Source: a virus
Taxonomy: Duplodnaviria; Caudoviricetes
DNA length: 58,336 nt
Strand: one strand, 5' to 3'
IMG/VR virus record: IMGVR_UViG_3300035388_000018
Span: 1 to 58,336 of that record
Position numbers and translations under genes: made by a program. How positions within the stretch are numbered: position 1 is the stretch's first letter; each line of letters starts with the position of its first letter. Shown here piece after piece: positions 18,804-26,827 of this stretch. The notes beneath the pieces were generated by a model. The model had not been told where the DNA came from and did no database searches. It was given only the letters and a program-made list of their open reading frames with translations.

Positions 18804-20438
18804 ATGACAGTCACATTTAAAGATACCGCATCCACCATATGGCAGAATCAGGAGGTTACATTCTATGGCCGTCAGGTTGATATTGAGGGTTCTGGTAGCT
18901 GTTTGGATTTTTGCACAAGTTTGAGTGATATCAGTAAGGTTACAGGCTTGATAATCGAGAATTCCCAGTTTGATTTTCAAGCAGACATAAGCGCTTTGAC
19001 GAAACTGGTAGACCTCACGGGGGCCGCAAGTCAGCTTGATCTGCAAGCCGATACGAGCGTTTTGACGAAACTGGTAGGCCTGGCAGGTGGCGCAAACCAG
19101 TTTAGCTTTCAAACCGATACGAGCGATTTGACTAAGCTGGTAAGCTTGGTGGGCGGCGCAAGTCAGATTGGTTTTCAAACAGGTGTGAGCGATTTAACAA
19201 AGCTGGTGGACTTGGCGGGATCTGCATGCCGGTTTGATCTCCAAACAGGCATGAGTGCTTTAACAAAGCTGGTAGATTTGACGGGATATCCAAGTCAATT
19301 TGATTTGCAAACCGATATAAGCGCCCTCATAAAGCTGGTGGACATGGTAGGCGATCCCAGCCAGTTTGATTTCCAAGCCGGCATAAGCGTTTTGACAAAA
19401 CTGGTGGACCTGGCGGGCAGTTCGATCCAGTTTGATTTTCAAGCAGGCATAGGCGTGCTCACGAAGTTGGTGGACATGGTGGGCGATCCAAGCCAGTTTG
19501 GTCTGCAAGCCGGCACGGGATCACTCACGAAGTTGGTGGACCTTGCGGGCAGCTCGAACCGGTTTGATTTCCAAACAGGTATGAGCGCTTTGACGAAGCT
19601 GGTAACTTTGACGGGGGGTTCAAGTCAGTTTGATTTCCAAGCAGGTGTAAGCGCACTCACGAAACTGGTAGCTTTGGCGGGGGATGCGAGTGTATTCGGC
19701 CTGTATGCTGGGCCGAGCGGGTTGGTGCGTATCCGTTCCATAACGGGTGGCGCAAGCTTGTTTCAAAATGAGATCAGTGGAAGCGTACTTACCTTATTGT
19801 GCAACGTGACAGGCGGAGCCAACAAATTCGATTTTTTTGCCAGTCACAGTATGTTGACAAAACAGGTCGCTTTAATAGGTGCCCCTAATATATTTAATCT
19901 CCAGGGCAGTGTATCGCCCTTAACGTTCGTGGGGAATCTTTTAGCGGGAGATGGGCACTTTGCCTTTGCATCCGAGGAAAGCACTCTCAGTAAGCTTGTG
20001 GAGCTTGTGGGCGGGGGTTCTTGTATTGATTTCTTGGGCGATACTTCGCGCGTAACGGCTTTATGCAATATCGTGCCCGGGTTGTCGGTTTTGGAAATGG
20101 GTTTGAGTGCCGGCGAAGTGGCAAAAATGGCACTTATTTACCCGGATTCGTCAGTTTTTAACATGCTTTCGGGCTCAAGCGCATTGTCCGCGCTCAAGCC
20201 GATTTTCCCCGGCAATAGTTGTTTTAATTTTGAAGGCAAGGGCAGCAATATCATATTTTGGTCATATCCGCTCAATGCATTTGTTGCACAGCAAGGGGTT
20301 TATGCTTTTGTTTCAATAAAAAATAGTATTTTTCAGCATACGGCTACAGCGCCAGGCATTTTTGTGTTCACGGCTAATACTGAAAATTTTAATAGAGTAG
20401 GTAATTTAATCAATTTTTGTCGTAAAATTAGGAAGTAA
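18804..20438 (+). CDS. 22-aa tandem-repeat protein, probably structural
   Basis: About 21 in-register units, consensus SQFDFQAG.SALTKLVDLAG.. Confidence 0.75.
   Translation: MTVTFKDTASTIWQNQEVTFYGRQVDIEGSGSCLDFCTSLSDISKVTGLIIENSQFDFQADISALTKLVDLTGAASQLDLQADTSVLTKLVGLAGGANQFSFQTDTSDLTKLVSLVGGASQIGFQTGVSDLTKLVDLAGSACRFDLQTGMSALTKLVDLTGYPSQFDLQTDISALIKLVDMVGDPSQFDFQAGISVLTKLVDLAGSSIQFDFQAGIGVLTKLVDMVGDPSQFGLQAGTGSLTKLVDLAGSSNRFDFQTGMSALTKLVTLTGGSSQFDFQAGVSALTKLVALAGDASVFGLYAGPSGLVRIRSITGGASLFQNEISGSVLTLLCNVTGGANKFDFFASHSMLTKQVALIGAPNIFNLQGSVSPLTFVGNLLAGDGHFAFASEESTLSKLVELVGGGSCIDFLGDTSRVTALCNIVPGLSVLEMGLSAGEVAKMALIYPDSSVFNMLSGSSALSALKPIFPGNSCFNFEGKGSNIIFWSYPLNAFVAQQGVYAFVSIKNSIFQHTATAPGIFVFTANTENFNRVGNLINFCRKIRK
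18963..19688 (+). repeat. 11 well-conserved 66-bp coding tandem repeats; degenerate copies continue to about 20260
   Basis: Recurrent CAGTTTGATTTYCAAGC...ACGAARCTGGT at a 66-bp period. Confidence 0.9.
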
Positions 20439-20460
20439 ACAACTTTAAGGAGTGTCAATT

Positions 20461-20832
20461 ATGGGACGTTGGGCATCAGATTCAGTTATAGACGCATCTT
20501 TGGACAAAATGTCAGAGGCAAACCTTTTGATCGCCTGTTCGCAGCAACCGGCTAATCGCGTAGAAGCGGTAGGCACATATGCTATTGCCGATGTCGTATT
20601 AGCCGCCGAGGATTTCAGCAAGGCGAATGATACCAGCGGTAGGATATTGACAGTCGCAGGGAAGGCGCTGGTCGATGTTGATACAGACGGGACAATTACG
20701 CATCTGGCTCTTTGTGACGAAACCGAATTGCTGTATGTCACGACCACCAACAGCAAAATCGTTGAAATTGGTGATAAGGTTAATATTGGCGCCTTCACCG
20801 CAAACCTCAAAGACCCTGTAGCGATTTCATAA
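20461..20832 (+). CDS. Small beta-rich putative virion structural protein
   Basis: AAGGAG RBS; D..LD, CS..P, DF....SGR..TV, GT.TH.AL.D...LLYVT pattern seen in phage fibre-associated proteins. Confidence 0.6.
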   Translation: MGRWASDSVIDASLDKMSEANLLIACSQQPANRVEAVGTYAIADVVLAAEDFSKANDTSGRILTVAGKALVDVDTDGTITHLALCDETELLYVTTTNSKIVEIGDKVNIGAFTANLKDPVAIS

Positions 20833-20841
20833 GGTGACGTG

Positions 20842-21198
20842 ATGGCTGATTTTCCGCAGGACATAATCGAGTTACGGTATTTTTCCGATAATTGGGGGCC
20901 GTTCTCGTTCGATTTTGGCAATCACTTGCCGCCGGGATCGAATCTTAGCCATGTTGATCTAAAGGCTTATGCCGGTGCTGTCAATCCGGCGTCGGATTTG
21001 TCTGAAGCTACTGAGATCACGAGCGAAATTATTGATAGCGATATGTTACCGCTAATCGACAAGAACACTGTGCTGGTGTATTTCAAATATCCGACATTGG
21101 GCGAATTGAAAGGGATAAAAGCTACATTGTTGTTCGAATTTACCCTGGATACGACTGCCCGGCATGTGGCTTATTTCCAGTATGTCAAAATAATATAA
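20842..21198 (+). CDS. Small putative fibre-adaptor/structural protein
   Basis: WGPFSFDF...L..G..L pattern; last gene of the cassette. Confidence 0.5.
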   Translation: MADFPQDIIELRYFSDNWGPFSFDFGNHLPPGSNLSHVDLKAYAGAVNPASDLSEATEITSEIIDSDMLPLIDKNTVLVYFKYPTLGELKGIKATLLFEFTLDTTARHVAYFQYVKII

Positions 21199-21321
21199 AT
21201 GTGGAAAACGTGAAAGCCAAAGCCGGTTATAAAAAACAAAAGTCTGAAAGCTCAACCGGCAAATGGTTGAAACGATATTTTGAAAAACGAACTTGTCGGA
21301 AAAGAATAGGAATTGGTGTAA

Positions 21322-23427
21322 ATGCCGCTTAAACTCAAAACGATTTCCCCCCGAAATAGAGTGGAAAAAGCAAAAGGTTTCCCGGATATCCGAAGGATTA
21401 TCTGCCAGCGTTTTGAAATCAATGAAAATATGTGGCAACTTTCCGCCGATGCCGGTTTGAGGGCTATCCGGGGGCTAAAGCGGGCGGAACAAAGCACAGA
21501 CCCCCTTGATAGGGCCTTGCAAGGGGAAAGCTTGTTCCGGGCAATGCCAATGCCGGATACGTTTGAAAATATGGGCGTCGATATTGACGACTTCAAGCAC
21601 AGGGCAAAAGCCCTTTACCCCAAGGGTGAAAAAAACGGTATAGAATCGGATATTGGGACTATCGCTTACCAGCATTACACCGAAGCCGGGGCACTGCCAG
21701 GGGATGTTTTAAGTCTTGTCGACACGATTAAGGCGGCGGATAAACAGACCAGCGACAAGATAAAGGAACAAGGGGAATTAGTTAATAAAAATTACGGAAA
21801 ACTGAATGCGGCTATCGCAGAATACCGCCGGGATGCAGGGTGGGACCGAGAACGGGCGAAATTCTACAAGGTACACAGCGAGGATGTGGCGCCCCGGGCG
21901 GATGCCGGCACCGAATTTCAGGATGGCCGGATAGATAGAATCGAGTTTAATAAAAAAATAGCGGCCCTTAACGAAAAACTCCGAGCGGCGACCCGTGCAT
22001 GGAACGAATTTGCTAATAAAGTACAGGCACACGAAATAGGCCTACATAGTAAATACGTTGGGAATAGTGAACATGTGCAACAAGAAACCGATAACAAGGA
22101 AATGGATGCAGCATTACAGGCGTTTTATGCTAAAACGGTATCCGTGGCCTTAGAATCATCCCCCATATCTGAAAAAGACGCGCAGGACTGGGCCGGAAAG
22201 CAAGTGATCGCTCCGGCCTTGAAAAGCAGGCTCAAAAAGTCGGGTTATGGTGAGGCACAATTTAAGGATGATACGGCTGAATTTTATCGGTTGTGCGGCG
22301 GCCGGGTTGGGACAATCGAGTTTAAAACAACCAGGAAAAAGCGGTCATTTGCAATGGTCGAAAGTAACCAGGTCCATTTAAGCGCAAAGTCCGATAAGCG
22401 GACCATCTTCCATGAAATGGCCCATCTACTTGAAAACCAGCCAGTTGTTAAGGCGGCTAATAACCGTTTTATAGATAAAAAAACAGGCGGTCGTCAAAAA
22501 ATGGCGTCGCTCCGGTCGTTAACCGGGAACCGGGGGTATAAGTCGAACGAAAAGGCGTTTGTTGATCATTTCTTTGATCCGTATGTCGGTAAATATTACC
22601 CGGGCGGAATAACCGAAGTGGGTAGCATGGGGTTCCAGATGTTTGCAGACCCTAAAAAAATGGCAATGCTTTATGACCAGGACCCGGAAATGTTCCAATA
22701 CATTTTAGGGGTGGTTCGTAGTCCGATGACCAGCGTCGAGAAAGAAGCGGTTGACCTGATGGTAACGAAACGTCAAGAAAATATTGACGCGGTTGCGGTC
22801 GGTAAAAAGTTTTATGCGGCACTGGATAAAAAAAGTAAGAACATAGATAAAATAATCGAGGGGTCGTATTATCGGTTTGAAGGAACGTTGAGCCGGTTCA
22901 GGGTGATGTTTAAGGATGATTATATACTGGCTGCCACGGTTACCAAGAAAATAGCGCAGCAATTTTTATATATGTACTTGTGGCAGCTGTCTATATCCCC
23001 AAGGGTAGGCAGGCCAACTGACTCTAATTTGGAATATTGTATTAAAAACAATATCATCCCCCATACACTCAAGATCGATGACAGATACAAAACAATCCCA
23101 GATATCACCGTCTTGGACGTGGATAAAATGCCAAAAGATTTGGCTGAATTTACTGCCGGGGCTGATGAATTTATCAAATGGTTGAAGGGCAAAGCGTTCA
23201 GTCTTTCCCCGTATTCGTATGATACCGAGAATTATGAATATTCCAAGGGCGGCAAATCCATCATGGCTAAAGTGCGGCGGGGGGAACACGGAACCGTTTT
23301 AATAGAAGATAGAACGGACTTCGAGAATTTAAGCGTGGACTCTTTGTATCGATTTAGAGAAAAATCCGTAAAAGAAATATTCAAATCGGCCAGGGCTGAT
23401 ATCCAAAAGATAATAGGGGACGAATAA
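21322..23427 (+). CDS. ddrB: DdrB-like head-internal protein with zincin HExxH motif
   Basis: EFYRL.GG, RSFA, IFHEMAHLLE, D.F..PYVGKYY..TEV.SMG.Q; position in the dar cluster. Confidence 0.7.
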   Translation: MPLKLKTISPRNRVEKAKGFPDIRRIICQRFEINENMWQLSADAGLRAIRGLKRAEQSTDPLDRALQGESLFRAMPMPDTFENMGVDIDDFKHRAKALYPKGEKNGIESDIGTIAYQHYTEAGALPGDVLSLVDTIKAADKQTSDKIKEQGELVNKNYGKLNAAIAEYRRDAGWDRERAKFYKVHSEDVAPRADAGTEFQDGRIDRIEFNKKIAALNEKLRAATRAWNEFANKVQAHEIGLHSKYVGNSEHVQQETDNKEMDAALQAFYAKTVSVALESSPISEKDAQDWAGKQVIAPALKSRLKKSGYGEAQFKDDTAEFYRLCGGRVGTIEFKTTRKKRSFAMVESNQVHLSAKSDKRTIFHEMAHLLENQPVVKAANNRFIDKKTGGRQKMASLRSLTGNRGYKSNEKAFVDHFFDPYVGKYYPGGITEVGSMGFQMFADPKKMAMLYDQDPEMFQYILGVVRSPMTSVEKEAVDLMVTKRQENIDAVAVGKKFYAALDKKSKNIDKIIEGSYYRFEGTLSRFRVMFKDDYILAATVTKKIAQQFLYMYLWQLSISPRVGRPTDSNLEYCIKNNIIPHTLKIDDRYKTIPDITVLDVDKMPKDLAEFTAGADEFIKWLKGKAFSLSPYSYDTENYEYSKGGKSIMAKVRRGEHGTVLIEDRTDFENLSVDSLYRFREKSVKEIFKSARADIQKIIGDE

Positions 23428-25265
23428 TGGAATCTGAATTTACAGACGGCTTTTCGTACCAGTTTGAGTTAAAAACCCTGGCAGGCCCTGGGGTGATAAC
23501 AGTTGCCCCGACACAATGGGATGAACCGGGGAAAATCACCATTGAAGATTATGGGTCCAGTGACATCCATTATTGTATTTCGAGCCTTTTTGACAAACAC
23601 GGTTTCGGCATGACCGGTGTTTGTATGCAGATGGGTACTGAATCCCCTGTTGACATCAACCGTGTGTTGCAGATGTACGCGGGAAAAGAAGGGGAAATGG
23701 TCCTTTCTTACGATTTAATCGGGTTTAATCCTGATGAAATGGCCGAAGGTGGCAGCGTTCTTGAAAGCGCGGTCACTTTCAAAGAGAAAAAATTCACACT
23801 GCAGGACCGGTATCAATTCCAGGGCCTGCCCATTTCCATTGAAAATAAAAAAGGATCGTATCGAACCGGTATGTATCCGGACGGCCATGAATGGAAAACC
23901 TTCATGTATTTTGATTATGGGTATATCCGGAAAACCAAGGGTGAAGACGATGAAGGCATTGACGTGTATGTGGGTCCGGACCGGACGGCAAAACACGTTT
24001 ACATCGTGAAACAGCATAAAATTGAAGCGGTCAAGAAATGGGAGGGCGCCTATTGCCCTAAATGCGGTGAGCATGCCCGGGATTGCGCCTGTAAAGAATT
24101 TTTCGACGAAGATAAGGCGTTTGTAGGCTTCGGGAATAAAGAGGCCGTTATCAGCGCATACGGCAAGCAATACGACTCCCCTCTTTTTATCGGGCCGATA
24201 TCCACCATGACGGTCGATGATTTTAAAAAACTGATGACCGGGCCAAAAGAAAAGGTGAAAGTCCCTTTGCAATTTGTGTCTGAATCAGCTGGGGATTGGC
24301 GGAGCGTCATAAGAAACGCGGAGACGTTCTCTTCCATCGTGGCCGTTTTTAAAGATAAAATGATTGGCCCGGCGCCCGAGCAAGAAAACACATCCGCCGA
24401 GGAAAGGGCAATAAACCGGCCGATCCTGAACAACTTTTTCAAGGGCGTGAAGCTGAAAAAGGCTGAATACAAGGTGTTTGAAATTGGTGAAGACAATAAA
24501 CCCGCGTATCGGCCGGTAACCGGTTGGCGGTATGGTCATTTTGCGACACAAAAGGTCGACGGAAAATGGGTAACGACACATATCAAGACAGGGCAGGGCG
24601 TGGGGAGAGTCCAGGGGAAAAAGCTTGATGCCGTCGAACACATGTGGCGCCTTGAAAAGCTGGGGTCTGAATGGGATTTCGATAAGTCTGAAGATATGCC
24701 TGAAGACCTAGCCCAGCACGCCATGGAAATCCGGGATGACATCGAAAATGTTAGGTTGCCGGCCGAATTGATACCGGCTGAAACACCAGCACCGGCACCG
24801 CAGGGGAGCGAGACCCCCCTGTATCACGGCAGTCCGGTAAAAGACCTGAAAACGATACAGGCGGGTTCATGGTATAGCCCGGTAAAGGCTTTAGCGGCGG
24901 CGTTTGCCCGGGGCAGGGGAAACAAAAAAGATCCTGGGCAGATATACGGCGTCAATATGGACCTGGGCGGCTACCAATGGGCCGATTTAACGGCTTTTGG
25001 GATGGATGAGTATGTCACACCAAAACAAATGGCCGTTGCCACTGGTGTTGACCTGGCGGAACTCATGCAGGCATTTCAAAAAGAATCCACATTGAAGGAT
25101 ACTCTTGAAGATGGCCTTATCGCATTGCGCCATCTTGTTGACCAAAAGCCGATTATGGACTTTTACAAGGCAAAGGGCTTTGATGGATTCAAGGCAAAGG
25201 AAGGGTTAAAGTCACCCACTGATTATATCGACACCTATAAATTGTTTTTCAGCCAAGCTTTATAA
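23427..25265 (+). CDS. Polyvalent protein: inorganic pyrophosphatase-like domain plus C-terminal ADP-ribosyltransferase-like domain
   Basis: GLPISIEN.KGS.R.G...W.T.M..DYGYI..T.G.D.E.IDVYVGP...FDEDK...GF (InPase of polyvalent proteins); LYHGS...GSWYS...A..FA...IY.V...GFDG (ART-like). Confidence 0.75.
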   Translation: MESEFTDGFSYQFELKTLAGPGVITVAPTQWDEPGKITIEDYGSSDIHYCISSLFDKHGFGMTGVCMQMGTESPVDINRVLQMYAGKEGEMVLSYDLIGFNPDEMAEGGSVLESAVTFKEKKFTLQDRYQFQGLPISIENKKGSYRTGMYPDGHEWKTFMYFDYGYIRKTKGEDDEGIDVYVGPDRTAKHVYIVKQHKIEAVKKWEGAYCPKCGEHARDCACKEFFDEDKAFVGFGNKEAVISAYGKQYDSPLFIGPISTMTVDDFKKLMTGPKEKVKVPLQFVSESAGDWRSVIRNAETFSSIVAVFKDKMIGPAPEQENTSAEERAINRPILNNFFKGVKLKKAEYKVFEIGEDNKPAYRPVTGWRYGHFATQKVDGKWVTTHIKTGQGVGRVQGKKLDAVEHMWRLEKLGSEWDFDKSEDMPEDLAQHAMEIRDDIENVRLPAELIPAETPAPAPQGSETPLYHGSPVKDLKTIQAGSWYSPVKALAAAFARGRGNKKDPGQIYGVNMDLGGYQWADLTAFGMDEYVTPKQMAVATGVDLAELMQAFQKESTLKDTLEDGLIALRHLVDQKPIMDFYKAKGFDGFKAKEGLKSPTDYIDTYKLFFSQAL

Positions 25266-25356
25266 CCCGGGCCCGGATCGTGGGCAGGGCGGTTTTTATC
25301 AAAAAAATGTATCGTTTTAACTTTATTTAAAGAAAAAAAGTTTAAAAGGGAGTACA

Positions 25357-25608
25357 ATGCCTAAAATAAAAGGTTTTTTCCAGGATGCGGTTGGCAATTT
25401 TTCAATGATGCGGCTTTTGTCCTTCATTATCACGATCACGGTAATGTTGATTTGGGCCGTGGAATGTTTGCGTAAAAATGAATTTCTTGGATGGGGGGAC
25501 AGCCAAGTTTACATACTTATCGCGTGTATCGTTCCCACTGTCCTACAAAAGCTGGTGGAATCCGGCGGGCTGCAGTTCCTATTCGGCAGCAAAAAGGCGA
25601 CTAAATGA
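25357..25608 (+). CDS. Putative holin (2 TM)
   Basis: 83 aa, S.MRL motif followed by hydrophobic helices; overlaps the endolysin start. Confidence 0.6.
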   Translation: MPKIKGFFQDAVGNFSMMRLLSFIITITVMLIWAVECLRKNEFLGWGDSQVYILIACIVPTVLQKLVESGGLQFLFGSKKATK

Positions 25609-26207
25609 AAATCCCATCTGTACCAGACATTATTAAGGCCATGAGGAACAAGGGCTATACCGTCTACAGCGATCCGGACGGTTATGACCTGAATATAGTA
25701 GGCATCCGGGCAAAAAACATTTTTGCAAATCGGTTTGATGATCTGCTGACGGTGTTTTATCGGTTTCAAGATCAGTGGGGTTATGTAGCTTTCCCGGCAA
25801 CGACCGACCCGGGAACATATTGGTTGGAAAATCCCATGGTGAAACTGGGCACCGCCATTCTTGCCCCGGGACAATACCGAGCTGCATACAAAATAGGAAA
25901 ACACCATGGCAAATATGATGCGTTGGTACAGACCAAGCCTGTCACGGTTTTTAGGGACCGGAACCGGGATAATAGGTTGGATGTCAAGGACGCCATCACG
26001 GATACCGGCATGTTCGGTATCAACATTCATCACGCTACACGAAAAGGCAAATCGAACAATGTCGAAAAGTGGTCGGCTGGTTGTCAGGTGATCCAAAATT
26101 CAAACGAATTTGAAGTTCTCATGTCATTGGCCCGGGTTGGCCGGGAACGCTTCGGGAATTGCTTTACATACACTCTACTGGACGAAAAAGACATTAAGGA
26201 TTCTTAA
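25605..26207 (+). CDS. Putative endolysin, L,D-transpeptidase (YkuD)-like Cys peptidase
   Basis: LNIVGIR, N.FDD, TTDPG, PGQY, GINIH...WSAGCQV (H-x14-SAGC); flanked by two membrane-protein genes. Confidence 0.6.
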   Translation: MKIPSVPDIIKAMRNKGYTVYSDPDGYDLNIVGIRAKNIFANRFDDLLTVFYRFQDQWGYVAFPATTDPGTYWLENPMVKLGTAILAPGQYRAAYKIGKHHGKYDALVQTKPVTVFRDRNRDNRLDVKDAITDTGMFGINIHHATRKGKSNNVEKWSAGCQVIQNSNEFEVLMSLARVGRERFGNCFTYTLLDEKDIKDS

Positions 26208-26209
26208 CG

Positions 26210-26749
26210 ATGATTTCAATTTTTTCCTCATTAGCAAGCGGCGGCATTCTGGGCGCCATTGGCAGTGGCATTACAAACCTTTTCGATTTCCTGAAACAAA
26301 AGCAGGCCAACAAACAGGCGCTTGAAGTCCGAAAGCTGGAGATTGCAGTTACCAGTAAACGCCATGAGCACGAATTGGCCCTGGCCGGCATGAAGCAGAC
26401 CATGGACATGCAAAAAGGCGCGGATAAGATCCAATCGGCCAGTTATGAAATGGATAAGGCCACATATACGGACACAAAAAGTGCAAACTGGGTTTCACAG
26501 ATCCTTTTGACGACTGTTGATGTACTTCGGGGGTTGGTCCGGCCGGCGATGACCGGCTACATGGTCTGGGAAGTCCATGTTTTGCGAACATCGGTTGAAG
26601 CGATATTGACCAGTTCCGGTGTTACGCTGATTTCAGCACCGCAGGCATTGGCAATCTATAGCGATATAGTCAACATGATTCTATTTCTGGCATCAGCGTC
26701 TTTTTCATGGTGGTTCGGTACAAGAATAAAAAACAAAGCCGTTGCATAA
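26210..26749 (+). CDS. 3TM holin-like membrane protein
   Basis: RGLVRP..T and C-terminal WWFG.R motifs, with TM segments. Confidence 0.65.
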   Translation: MISIFSSLASGGILGAIGSGITNLFDFLKQKQANKQALEVRKLEIAVTSKRHEHELALAGMKQTMDMQKGADKIQSASYEMDKATYTDTKSANWVSQILLTTVDVLRGLVRPAMTGYMVWEVHVLRTSVEAILTSSGVTLISAPQALAIYSDIVNMILFLASASFSWWFGTRIKNKAVA

Positions 26750-26827
26750 CCTGTATTACCAGCGGTTTAAAGATATTTAAGCACTATACAAATGTATAAG
26801 TGCAAACCAGTTAAAAAGGATTGTAAT

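Noticed and set aside
9183-20438. Diversity-generating retroelement acting on the fibre genes
   Set aside because: No reverse transcriptase in the window and no TR/VR pair with adenine-specific mismatches seen; repeat differences are ordinary coding divergence.
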